From a phage, in the sequence record PZ179883.1: a stretch of 64,000 nt of DNA; one strand, 5' to 3'. This document shows, piece by piece, positions 29,369 to 37,796 of this stretch. Under the pieces are notes generated by a model that did no database searches, had not been told where the DNA came from, and saw only the letters and a list, made by a program, of their open reading frames with translations. Position numbers and translations under genes: made by a program. Position 1 is the first letter of the stretch. Every line of letters begins with the position of its first letter.

Positions 29369-29896
29369 TTATGCGAGTACCGTCTTTAACCGTTCTTCAA
29401 ACTTCCGAAGAGTATTTTGGCGTTCAGCTCTTTGCTTTTTGTAAGTTTCAATACGCTCTGAAATGAGAGAGTATCGTTCATTTACTGATTCTTTCATAAA
29501 ATCAGGAATTTCACGAGAAGCTTTAATCTCGTCAAATTTATCAATAACAGCTTGCTCTTCAGCAATTAAGTTATCATACATTAAAATATCTTTCTTGATG
29601 AACTCAATATCTTCTTGAGTTACACGAGACATTTTAGATGCTTTATCCTTTTTGTACTGTTCGTTAGTATCACGAGACCAGTGTAATGTACGATTTTTAT
29701 TCGTATTCTTGTAAATTTCTACAATACCGATCTCATCAATAATAACGATCCAATTCCAACGGGATTTGTAAATTTGTCCTCCATCAACAGTGATTTCACC
29801 TCCGATTGAGATGTCGTTAAAGAACTTGCTTTGCGCTTCAGATTTAAATTTGCCATCGTTGTAATTTACCAAGTTGAAAATATCTTTAGCGTTCAT
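29369..29896 (-). CDS. Hypothetical protein with C-terminal coiled coil
   Basis: 175 aa; first ORF after an early promoter. Confidence 0.45.
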   Translation of the reverse strand: MNAKDIFNLVNYNDGKFKSEAQSKFFNDISIGGEITVDGGQIYKSRWNWIVIIDEIGIVEIYKNTNKNRTLHWSRDTNEQYKKDKASKMSRVTQEDIEFIKKDILMYDNLIAEEQAVIDKFDEIKASREIPDFMKESVNERYSLISERIETYKKQRAERQNTLRKFEERLKTVLA

Positions 29897-29920
29897 TTTC
29901 TGTTCCTCCGTAGTTGATAG

Positions 29921-29960
29921 TTGTATAGTACCACAGAGGAACAGTCTTGTAAACCACTAA
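29921..29960 (-). promoter_or_regulatory. T4-type early promoter
   Basis: TTTACA N17 TACTAT; same core as the 5305 copy. Confidence 0.6.
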
Positions 29961-30271
29961 AAGAAACTTCTTTCACAATTTTTTCCACTGAACCATGCGC
30001 TTACTGCTTTCTTAGTCTCAGGAGCAGTGTTATCCATAAACCATTCAAAGGCAGCCTTTTTATGATTCTGGAGGGCTTCTCGGGCTTTAATCTGCTCACG
30101 GTCTATTAACACTAACATATGAGCCTTTCTTGTCACCATGGGCTTCTTATGATTTTTTGAATACTCCCAGTCATTTGTCCATCGCATTGTCGTTGCGAAT
30201 TGAAATACAGCTTCTTTAATCTTAGTTTCGTAAATTTCACGAGCCTTTGAGTATAACATCATTACCTCCAT
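29957..30271 (-). CDS. Hypothetical basic protein
   Basis: 104 aa ORF. Confidence 0.35.
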   Translation of the reverse strand: MEVMMLYSKAREIYETKIKEAVFQFATTMRWTNDWEYSKNHKKPMVTRKAHMLVLIDREQIKAREALQNHKKAAFEWFMDNTAPETKKAVSAWFSGKNCERSFF

Positions 30272-30361
30272 TCACCAGTTTAATTCTAGTCATCTTTTTG
30301 ATGGCAGTCCATATAATCTATTTCTGAACTGCCTTTTTGTCTTAGAAGGCCTCTTATGAAT

Positions 30362-31348
30362 TTATTTCAGAAGAGTAACCTCAGCGATTTCTTGCCAACC
30401 GTTTTTGTCGGTCATAATAAAGTCAGCAAGATAAAGAGCAGTACGCAGTGAAACATTGCGTAAACGATTAACATTGACTTTCATCCATGATAATGCTTTA
30501 TAAGTTTCTTCATCAGAAAGACCGCGCTTTTGCATCATGTCAGTTGAAAGAATAACATCTTCAACCCTGACCATAATTTCTTCATTAGTGTGAACACCCA
30601 AATCCAAATAAACTGAGCGGGACACCAATGCTTGTAAGTGTGGGGCAAGTTTAGTACCACGGTCTAATTCGCGGTCAATGTCAACGTTTGTGATAAAAAC
30701 AATCGTTCCTTTAAATTCAAACTCACGGTCAATGCCTTTTTCTTCTAAGTAAGAAGATGCAGTGCTCCAGCAGACTTTACGGGTCTCTCCAGTGTCCAGA
30801 GCAGCTTTTAGAAGATTAAGAATGTCCATATCAGAGAAAACATCCACATCATCAATCAAAAGGACGGAATTCTCTTCACGATTATTCCAAAGCTGTTCAT
30901 AAAGACCAATACCAGAGATTTTACCATTAATGCTTTTATATTCAATGTATCCATTATCATTTGCTTTATTTAAAGCTTTATCTAAAGAATACGTTTTACC
31001 AATACCTGCTGCGCCAGAGATAATTAATGAACGAATATTTCCATTAATAATACCGTTCGTCATCATTCCCATAACATTAAATCTTTTATTAATGCGGGTT
31101 TTCATATCTTCATATGATTCTTTAACTTCTTCAACTTTTACACCATCATATGAAATATCTGATTTGTAAACCCAAACACCGCGACGTTTACCGTCAATTT
31201 CAACAAAAACTTTACCATCTCCTTGTGCATCTACCGGAGCATTATCTGGGAACCATTCACCTAAGAGCTCAAAAGTTCCAGAGATTTCTTTACCGAAGTA
31301 GATACCCTTATTGATAGTTACAGTTTTCATTTTATTCTCCAATTTCAC
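30362..31348 (-). CDS. AAA+ family ATPase with about 110 aa N-terminal extension
   Basis: Walker A GAAGIGKT, Walker B LLIDDVD, sensor-1-like ITNV; own early promoter. Confidence 0.6.
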   Translation of the reverse strand: MKLENKMKTVTINKGIYFGKEISGTFELLGEWFPDNAPVDAQGDGKVFVEIDGKRRGVWVYKSDISYDGVKVEEVKESYEDMKTRINKRFNVMGMMTNGIINGNIRSLIISGAAGIGKTYSLDKALNKANDNGYIEYKSINGKISGIGLYEQLWNNREENSVLLIDDVDVFSDMDILNLLKAALDTGETRKVCWSTASSYLEEKGIDREFEFKGTIVFITNVDIDRELDRGTKLAPHLQALVSRSVYLDLGVHTNEEIMVRVEDVILSTDMMQKRGLSDEETYKALSWMKVNVNRLRNVSLRTALYLADFIMTDKNGWQEIAEVTLLK

Positions 31349-31362
31349 ATTTGTTTTGATAG

Positions 31363-31400
31363 GGTAATAGTATCACACTACTACCCTGCTGTAAACAATT
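31363..31400 (-). promoter_or_regulatory. T4-type early promoter upstream of the AAA+ ATPase
   Basis: TTTACA N17 TACTAT; core gatagggtaatagtatcac shared with the copies near 51030 and 51330. Confidence 0.6.
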
Positions 31401-31663
31401 TATTTTAATGTTTGCCAAATTTTTACTGCTTCGCGACGAGATACTTCTACAGCTCCAAGTTCTACAGCTTTTTGGCGTCGCCGAGCGTGTAAGTCATAAT
31501 GTTTAATGCGTTTATCTTGAAACCAAGAACGTTTCATTCCTATTGCTTCTGCCATTTCGTGAAGCTCTTCAATATCTCCATCAGTGAACATATGACAATT
31601 TTTAGTTGGATGACCGCGAAGTTTCCATCCATGATTCATTAAAACATCTACGTAAACTGTCAT
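31400..31663 (-). CDS. Hypothetical protein
   Basis: 87 aa ORF with conserved-looking HMFTDG and HYDL segments. Confidence 0.4.
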   Translation of the reverse strand: MTVYVDVLMNHGWKLRGHPTKNCHMFTDGDIEELHEMAEAIGMKRSWFQDKRIKHYDLHARRRQKAVELGAVEVSRREAVKIWQTLK

Positions 31664-31809
31664 TGATTCTTCTCCAAATAAGTTTCGATAATTTTCTGAG
31701 CGAGATAAACTGCATTATCTTCAGTTGCATCTTCTAAGAAACTTTCAAAACACTCTGAAATTTCTTCTGTGTCAATCAACTTTTTTACTTCAATTGGTGT
31801 AATTTTCAT
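31660..31809 (-). CDS. Small hypothetical protein (start adjusted)
   Basis: ORF-track version 31660..31878 reads through an early promoter; internal MKITPIEVKK start gives about 49 aa. Confidence 0.3.
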   Translation of the reverse strand: MKITPIEVKKLIDTEEISECFESFLEDATEDNAVYLAQKIIETYLEKNQ

Positions 31810-31842
31810 TTTGTTTTTCCGTTTAAGTGTTTGTTTTGATAG

Positions 31843-31900
31843 TTGTATAGTACCATAAAGCTTTATGCTTGTAAACAATTTTGTGAAAAATTTTTGAAAT
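31843..31900 (-). promoter_or_regulatory. T4-type early promoter preceded by a UUCG terminator hairpin
   Basis: TTTACA N17 TACTAT with TTTTTCACAAAA UP element; hairpin at 31907-31924. Confidence 0.6.
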
Positions 31901-31906
31901 AAAAAA

Positions 31907-31924
31907 GGGAGCCCGAAGGCTCCC
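31907..31924 (-). terminator. UUCG hairpin terminator directly downstream of the nucleotidyltransferase gene
   Basis: gggagcc-cgaa-ggctccc with A-run (T-run on minus strand). Confidence 0.6.
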
Positions 31925-31926
31925 TA

Positions 31927-32940
31927 TCATTTATAATAACTTCGGTGGTTTTCAAGATAAACCCTCTCAAGGAAGTCATCCCAAAAACCCATGTCTACTT
32001 TTTGCTGCATACCGTTCTTAGAAGCTTCAGTAGATGCTGCTTCTACTTGATCGACCACATCTTCCAAAAACTCTTGAACCGTTTTAAATGGATGTTTACC
32101 CAACTTCACGTCGAGAATAAATGGAGCATCTTGGAGTGGATAAACCAAGTCACCAGTTTTGTAAATTTCCAATAGTTGAAGTCCACCACGACAAGCATGG
32201 CTCAGAGCTTTCCAGTCAATGCCTTCGTTGGCTTCGGCCTTACGAGCACGTTCACCGTATTCAGCATCTAATTTGTTCAGTGACTGCTTAAGCTCAATAA
32301 GAGAAAGAGTTGTCTGATATTTACGACCCAACACAGTGTAGAACGTTTGTGGGCCTGTTTTCTCATGATTATGGAACACCCATTCACAGAATTCGTTTTC
32401 TGGAAGACGATGCTTAATATCTTCAACTTTAGTACGACGCTGCTTAATGGAACCGTCTTCTTGGTAATCAACCCATTGCTCAGGGATTTGATTAACTACT
32501 TTCAATACATCACGTAATGCTGCCAAACGAGAACCCTTGACACCGTATTTAGAAGCTTGCTTACGGACATATCCTAAATATGATTTCATGTTAGTCGTAT
32601 AAAAACGAGAACGGTTGTCTTGAATAAACTTCCACACATCAGGCAAATCAGATTTAACCACTAACTCAGGTGGAGTGTGAAGCATATCTAACGCTACAGT
32701 TTCACCATCTGCTGCTAATTTAAAGAAATATTTAAGACTATACAATTCGTGGTCAATATCATCTTTAGTGTTTTTAGATGATGTGTTGTTAGTGTTTTTA
32801 CTCATATGCTCTTTAACATTTCCGATAAGAATATCACGAGCAGGAGGAACAAAGATTTCTTTAAAATCTACATCAGATTCTGGGGTAGAAGTTCCATAAA
32901 GATGACTACCAAAATAGCTTTTCATTACTGTTTTCATCAT
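31927..32940 (-). CDS. Pol-beta superfamily nucleotidyltransferase with helical C-terminal domain
   Basis: N-terminal GSHLYGTSTPESDVDFK fits the GS-x(9-13)-D-x-D nucleotidyltransferase motif; 337 aa; start overlaps upstream membrane-protein stop by 4 nt. Confidence 0.6.
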   Translation of the reverse strand: MMKTVMKSYFGSHLYGTSTPESDVDFKEIFVPPARDILIGNVKEHMSKNTNNTSSKNTKDDIDHELYSLKYFFKLAADGETVALDMLHTPPELVVKSDLPDVWKFIQDNRSRFYTTNMKSYLGYVRKQASKYGVKGSRLAALRDVLKVVNQIPEQWVDYQEDGSIKQRRTKVEDIKHRLPENEFCEWVFHNHEKTGPQTFYTVLGRKYQTTLSLIELKQSLNKLDAEYGERARKAEANEGIDWKALSHACRGGLQLLEIYKTGDLVYPLQDAPFILDVKLGKHPFKTVQEFLEDVVDQVEAASTEASKNGMQQKVDMGFWDDFLERVYLENHRSYYK

Positions 32941-33398
32941 TCAGCCTTATATTCAATAACAGGACATACTTTAGCTTTACGAGCTTTTAAAAATTCAACG
33001 ATAATCGATTTCTTGGGTTGAATAGGAGGTAAACCTTTATACGCCCTATCAATATTTTCTACGTGTAAAGCATAATCCTTTTTCCATTTATAATCTTTAT
33101 ATTTTTCACGCAGTTGTGCAGGAATAACAAATGAACCGATAATAAGTAAAACAAGCAAAATGGCAAGTATAAATGCTGATGGAATAAGAGTCCATAAACT
33201 ACCAAAAATAAGCCATTTCTGTATGATTTCTGCGCAGATGATAGTTAGACCTACGAGTATAGTACATCCGAAAAAAGAAACGAAAAATGTAGGGATAACA
33301 ATAGACCAAAAGTATGCGCACAGCGTCTTAGGTCGTTGCCATTCATCGTTAAACAATTTGAATAATTTATAGTGCCAAGAGTTTTCATTAATAATCAT
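32937..33398 (-). CDS. Polytopic membrane protein (3-4 transmembrane helices)
   Basis: 153 aa; long hydrophobic stretches; basic C-terminal tail. Confidence 0.5.
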   Translation of the reverse strand: MIINENSWHYKLFKLFNDEWQRPKTLCAYFWSIVIPTFFVSFFGCTILVGLTIICAEIIQKWLIFGSLWTLIPSAFILAILLVLLIIGSFVIPAQLREKYKDYKWKKDYALHVENIDRAYKGLPPIQPKKSIIVEFLKARKAKVCPVIEYKAE

Positions 33399-33400
33399 AA

Positions 33401-33922
33401 TTATCCTTTCATTGAAGGTGTAACAGTTGTTAAATACTTAATCATAGCTTCAGCTTCTGATTTTGATAATGAAATTTCTTCATTGTTTTGACGAATAGAA
33501 ATAAAATCCGGATGACGGTCACCACCGGCTTTTAAAACACACATATAAGTATCAGTTTCATCTTCAATATTTGAAATGATTGAAGCAGTTCCACACGAAT
33601 GTGGTTTTTGATAAATCAATACAGCTTTTCTTCCACCATTTGACTGTTCATAAACTTTTAATACATCAAACAAATCACTTCTTTTATCAATAGCTAAAAT
33701 GTTGTTTTCATCTTCAATGTTAAATCCTTCGGATACTTCATAAAGTGTCACCCATAAATCACCTATATCGATAGTAGCATTTTCCTTTCCATGACTTTCA
33801 AGAGCATGACAAATTTTCTTGATTTCGTCATAACTCATTTTAATAATATCATCTCCTTGACTAAGAAAGATGTCATTTTTAAATTCAACACGAATTAAAC
33901 CGCTTCCACTTGAAATAAACAT
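33401..33922 (-). CDS. Hypothetical protein, paralog 2 of a tandem pair
   Basis: 173 aa; C-terminus EAEAMIKYLTTVTPSMKG resembles the tail of the upstream ORF. Confidence 0.45.
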   Translation of the reverse strand: MFISSGSGLIRVEFKNDIFLSQGDDIIKMSYDEIKKICHALESHGKENATIDIGDLWVTLYEVSEGFNIEDENNILAIDKRSDLFDVLKVYEQSNGGRKAVLIYQKPHSCGTASIISNIEDETDTYMCVLKAGGDRHPDFISIRQNNEEISLSKSEAEAMIKYLTTVTPSMKG

Positions 33923-33928
33923 ATTTCC

Positions 33929-34486
33929 TCACTTTGAAATCATAGTTGGAATGACAGAATCAAGATAAGTCTTTAACGCAATAGCTTCGTCTTTGGTAAA
34001 TGTGACAATATGTGATCGAAAATCGTCAATTTGGCGAATAGTTAAGACATCTCCCTCTTCATAACATTTTGATACATTTAAAAGAGTTTCATCATTCTGA
34101 TTGCAAGCGTTAGTAATAATAGCATTGCAATTTTTGAGCCATTTTAAACTATGTTTTCTTTCATTAGAATAATAAAAATATTTAATCTTATCTATAAAAC
34201 TATCCCAATGGATAACTGATAAACACATTGACTCACTTTTAATATTAAATCCTGGGCATGAAGAATAAAAATGAATTTTGTGCTCATCATTGATGCTTAC
34301 TATTTTATCAGTATAAGGATATTCAATTTGGGTTAAATGAATGATTTCACTAGGCGTAAAATATAGCATATCGTCTTCTTGTGTCAAACGATACATATTA
34401 TTTACTTTTTCTATAGCTAATTCACCAAAAAGCGGACTAACTTCTAATACTAATCGTTTCATATTGATTCTCTTCGACTCACCCAC
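33929..34486 (-). CDS. Hypothetical protein, paralog 1 of a tandem pair
   Basis: 185 aa; C-terminus EAIALKTYLDSVIPTMISK. Confidence 0.45.
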   Translation of the reverse strand: MGESKRINMKRLVLEVSPLFGELAIEKVNNMYRLTQEDDMLYFTPSEIIHLTQIEYPYTDKIVSINDEHKIHFYSSCPGFNIKSESMCLSVIHWDSFIDKIKYFYYSNERKHSLKWLKNCNAIITNACNQNDETLLNVSKCYEEGDVLTIRQIDDFRSHIVTFTKDEAIALKTYLDSVIPTMISK

Positions 34487-34488
34487 AA

Positions 34489-34593
34489 TTACATACTCCT
34501 TTGAATAATATCAATAATGTTGTTCACCAGATTATAAGTAAACATTGGATAATTATATTGAATCATCACATACACAACAAACAAAACTTTCAT
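34489..34593 (-). CDS. Tiny hydrophobic peptide ORF (34 aa) at the head of the operon
   Basis: Hand-called: AAGGAG Shine-Dalgarno 7 nt upstream of ATG; MKVLFVVYVMIQYNYPMF...; not in ORF track. Confidence 0.25.
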   Translation of the reverse strand: MKVLFVVYVMIQYNYPMFTYNLVNNIIDIIQRSM

Positions 34594-34610
34594 TCTCTTC
34601 TCCTTGGCAG

Positions 34611-34642
34611 TTGACAAGATTACTATATCATAATCTTGTCAA
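34611..34642. promoter_or_regulatory. Perfect 12 bp inverted repeat with 8 nt spacer (candidate operator or structured element)
   Basis: ttgacaagatta-ctatatca-taatcttgtcaa; each arm contains TTGACA; lies directly upstream of the tiny-peptide ORF. Confidence 0.45.
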
Positions 34643-34816
34643 CTTGTAAACCATTAAATGACGTTTTCAATAAAATTCTGAAGCTTTGTGTGAGCATCAA
34701 CCATAATTTTCATTTCTTCCTTTGCGAAAGCTGTACCTCTTTCCCGAGCAGAATACTCATAGTCAGAAACTGCATTAGCATATTCTTCAATTAGCTTCAT
34801 TAAAAACATTTGCTTT

Positions 34817-35047
34817 TCAGTTTTCATTATTCCACCTAATCATTTCAAGATATTGAACTAACTTAGCTTTGGATTTATCCAAATCCTTTTTAGCTGCTTC
34901 TATACCGTCGTATGAATATCCTTCACAGTGCTCAACTGCCAATTGATATGAATCTATTTCAATATCACGTGCTAATTTAATGATTTTTTCAAACTGTTCA
35001 CGTGTTAGCATACTAAACTCTCGTATTATGATCAATAATTTCATCAA
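34817..35047 (-). CDS. Hypothetical protein
   Basis: 76 aa ORF. Confidence 0.35.
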   Translation of the reverse strand: MMKLLIIIREFSMLTREQFEKIIKLARDIEIDSYQLAVEHCEGYSYDGIEAAKKDLDKSKAKLVQYLEMIRWNNEN

Positions 35048-35231
35048 GAAACATATCTAACGCTTCTACAGCATTATCAACTTTAGCTTCAAATTCTTCA
35101 ATACCTGATAAGGCAAAGTTAATGCGTTCCTCATCTGCTTTGCGAATTAAAGCTATCAATTCCTTAATTTTATCCGCTTGTTCAATGCTAGTCATTATTC
35201 CACCACATATGAAAGAGAGAATATTGCACAC
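35013..35231 (-). CDS. Hypothetical acidic protein
   Basis: 72 aa ORF. Confidence 0.35.
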   Translation of the reverse strand: MCNILSFICGGIMTSIEQADKIKELIALIRKADEERINFALSGIEEFEAKVDNAVEALDMFLDEIIDHNTRV

Positions 35232-35383
35232 GCCATATGAGTTGCAACTTCATCACACATATCATAACGTTTCTTAAGAAGTTCTACAAGTTCTTCACTA
35301 GTGACTTCATCCATGTCGACGAAAAAATCACCATTAATGATGACGTAGATATTTCCTTCTTGATTGAGTGCTTCAATTTTCAT
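35195..35383 (-). CDS. Hypothetical acidic protein (start adjusted to internal Met with GGAG)
   Basis: ORF-track 35195..35428 extends towards an early promoter; [10 protein letters not shown] start has a Shine-Dalgarno. Confidence 0.35.
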   Translation of the reverse strand: MKIEALNQEGNIYVIINGDFFVDMDEVTSEELVELLKKRYDMCDEVATHMACAIFSLSYVVE

Positions 35384-35407
35384 GATGTTCTCCTCTTTAT
35401 CCGATAG

Positions 35408-35460
35408 TTGTATAGTATCACAGCTCAAATGGAAAGTAAACCGGTAAAATGAAAAAAGTC
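35408..35460 (-). promoter_or_regulatory. T4-type early promoter
   Basis: TTTACT N17 TACTAT; UUCG hairpin immediately upstream. Confidence 0.55.
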
Positions 35461-35473
35461 TCCCGAAGGAGAC
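35458..35473 (-). terminator. UUCG hairpin terminator
   Basis: gtctcc-cgaa-ggagac with flanking A-run. Confidence 0.55.
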
Positions 35474-35478
35474 TAATG

Positions 35479-35865
35479 TTATTCGAGGGAAAGAAGATAC
35501 TTACTTTGGTAAAACATTCCAGTAATATCATCTATCGTGCTTTGAATGGCTGGAGGCATTTCTTTGTAAATGCTGTTAGATTGGTCTAGTATACGATCAA
35601 TCATTTTAATTGTGTCGGTAGGAAGTTTACTGGCATCTGGAATAGAAGGCGTGTATTTTCTACCAGAATACCCCAAATATTGCTCACCAAATTTATCAAT
35701 CAAATCTGGCAACTCAGAGAAAATAAAATCGTATGCTTTGTGTCTAGCATAACTTTTAGTTTCAAAATGCGCAGAATGAAAATAAGCTTGTGCAGCCATT
35801 AATAAACCTAAGTATTCATCTGCCTTTGAAGGTTTTCCACTTTGTGAAAAGTCGCTGAATTTCAT
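35479..35865 (-). CDS. Hypothetical protein (T4 rI.-1 position)
   Basis: 128 aa ORF immediately upstream of rI. Confidence 0.45.
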   Translation of the reverse strand: MKFSDFSQSGKPSKADEYLGLLMAAQAYFHSAHFETKSYARHKAYDFIFSELPDLIDKFGEQYLGYSGRKYTPSIPDASKLPTDTIKMIDRILDQSNSIYKEMPPAIQSTIDDITGMFYQSKYLLSLE

Positions 35866-36155
35866 TCAGTCTCCAATTTAATGTTCATAATTCTAGCGTA
35901 TGATTGTGCCATCTCCGCGCCTCGCTCTATACATTCAAAATCGGAAGAGCACGGGTCATTTTTATAAGTCGTTCGCATAAAACTATAGAACTGTTCAGAT
36001 GATTCTACGCTTTTATTTTCAAAAAGCATATAAACGTGTCTAATACCAGATTCCATAAATTTATCAAAATGAGGATCGACATTCGCTTCAATTGGTGGAG
36101 ATAAAGCAAACGCTAATCCTAGCATGGCAAATAGTGCCGTTGCTTTTAAGGCCAT
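35862..36155 (-). CDS. rI: Lysis inhibition regulator RI
   Basis: 97 aa with N-terminal signal-anchor, matching T4 RI as I recall it. Confidence 0.85.
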   Translation of the reverse strand: MALKATALFAMLGLAFALSPPIEANVDPHFDKFMESGIRHVYMLFENKSVESSEQFYSFMRTTYKNDPCSSDFECIERGAEMAQSYARIMNIKLETE

Positions 36156-36167
36156 AAAGGCCTCCTA

Positions 36168-36380
36168 TCATTTTTGTCCTGTATTTACTTTATGCCGATG
36201 CACGGCCTTAACTTTATCAAGGTATTTTTCAAAATTTCGCAATCTAGTATAGTCTGCCGGAGATTGGTTGAGTGATACTTCTCGACGCAAAGCTGAAATG
36301 ATATTTCCAACTTCCCTACGAATTTCATCTAATTGAAGAACAGTAAGATTGCGAAGTTGCTTTTCAGTTAATTGTAGCAT
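36168..36380 (-). CDS. Hypothetical protein (rI.1 position)
   Basis: 70 aa ORF between rI and tk. Confidence 0.45.
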
Positions 36381-36422
36381 ATATACCCCTTTAGTTAGAT
36401 AAACCTATTTATAACTTTTGCA

Positions 36423-37004
36423 CTAACCGAGCTTTTTAGTTAATTCGTTCCAATGTTTTCTACACAAAGAAACATAAATTTCATCACCAATACAGATTTG
36501 ATTACCTTCTTTAACTGGTGTTCCATCTTCCATTAATCGAGCTGTCATAATAGCTTTTTTACCACAATGACAAACTGCCTTTAGTTCAATAAGTTTATCT
36601 GCAATCGCCAAAAGTTCTTTAGAACCTTCAAATAATTTTCCAGCGAAATCAGTCCTTAGCCCATAAGCCATAACAGGAACATTATATGTATCAACAATTC
36701 GACTTAATTGATGCACCTGTTCAGTTTTTAAAAACTGAGCTTCATCTACAAATACACAATGAATATCTTTTTGTGCTTCAGCCCATTTATAGAACTCAAA
36801 AATATCCATATCATCCGTAATAATATTCGCTTCCTGCTTAATTCCAATGCGAGAAACGACTTCACAGACAGAATCGCGAGTATCAATAGCAGGCTTAAGA
36901 ACTAATACACCCATTCCGCGTTCTTTATAATTATGTGCAGCAGTCAAAAGAGAAGCAGATTTTCCAGCATTCATTGCTGCGTAAGTAAAAATTAAACTCG
37001 CCAT
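36423..37004 (-). CDS. tk: Thymidine kinase
   Basis: 193 aa; P-loop AAMNAGKS and zinc-binding cysteines. Confidence 0.95.
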   Translation of the reverse strand: MASLIFTYAAMNAGKSASLLTAAHNYKERGMGVLVLKPAIDTRDSVCEVVSRIGIKQEANIITDDMDIFEFYKWAEAQKDIHCVFVDEAQFLKTEQVHQLSRIVDTYNVPVMAYGLRTDFAGKLFEGSKELLAIADKLIELKAVCHCGKKAIMTARLMEDGTPVKEGNQICIGDEIYVSLCRKHWNELTKKLG

Positions 37005-37013
37005 ATCACCTTC

Positions 37014-37199
37014 TTAAAGCATATTCACATAAGCTATTAATTCGTTTTCTTTCTTATCAAACCGATCAGCAAATTCTTCTTGCTGTTCGGGAGATAGCGG
37101 GCCGTATTCATCATAAAAGGTGTTTGCTTCTGTATGCTCATCTAGAAGTTCATGGATAAGCTCAAACAATTTATCTTTTTGTTCTTTACTCAGACTCAT
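37014..37199 (-). CDS. Hypothetical acidic protein (tk.1 position)
   Basis: 61 aa ORF. Confidence 0.4.
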   Translation of the reverse strand: MSLSKEQKDKLFELIHELLDEHTEANTFYDEYGPLSPEQQEEFADRFDKKENELIAYVNML

Positions 37200-37365
37200 A
37201 TATTAATTTCCAGGAGTTTTAAAATAATTCGCTTTTGCTTAAATATTTCCATAGTTAAATGACCAGTATCTTTTTGACCGATTCCAATGGCAAAACCTTT
37301 ATTGACAGCGAGTTCAATTAAATTATCAAGCTCACGTAACACTTCATACTGTAACTCAAAACTAT

Positions 37366-37578
37366 TCATTTCGGTTTACCTTCTTTAACGAAATCTGGAT
37401 AAGGATAAAATCCCGAATAAAATCCTTCACCTTTATGATTGATGCATCCTTTATTAGAACAATAGCACCAATAATCGAAATCACAAGCCATTTCATCGTT
37501 GCATAAAGCAAAAACAACTGGCCATTTACACTTTTCACAATGGGCATTTTTAAGAATACTAGTTTGGCTCATAACCAT
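37366..37578 (-). CDS. Small cysteine-rich protein (likely zinc binding)
   Basis: 70 aa with 9 cysteines. Confidence 0.4.
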   Translation of the reverse strand: MVMSQTSILKNAHCEKCKWPVVFALCNDEMACDFDYWCYCSNKGCINHKGEGFYSGFYPYPDFVKEGKPK

Positions 37579-37796
37579 GTAACCTTTAAGCAGTATTCTT
37601 CTACATGCTGTTTACGACCTTTCTTATCAATAAAGGTATATTCAACGAATGTTCCAATGTAGTCTTTATCTACATCATGCGGACTATTAATTGGACATTT
37701 AGTACGGCAAATGCGTTCCCATTGACGAATAATTACTGCCTTATTCTTTGGGTCATATGGATGTGGATAATGTATATTCATAATAACGGTTCCCAA
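37569..37796 (-). CDS. Hypothetical protein
   Basis: 75 aa ORF. Confidence 0.4.
   Translation of the reverse strand: MGTVIMNIHYPHPYDPKNKAVIIRQWERICRTKCPINSPHDVDKDYIGTFVEYTFIDKKGRKQHVEEYCLKVTWL

Noticed and set aside
37361-37381. Apparent one-base inconsistency between my hand count and the ORF-track coordinates of 37362..37547 and 37366..37578, which could suggest a frameshift
   Set aside because: Most likely my own reading or counting error at a line junction; both ORF-track proteins are self-consistent, so I did not call a frameshift or pseudogene.
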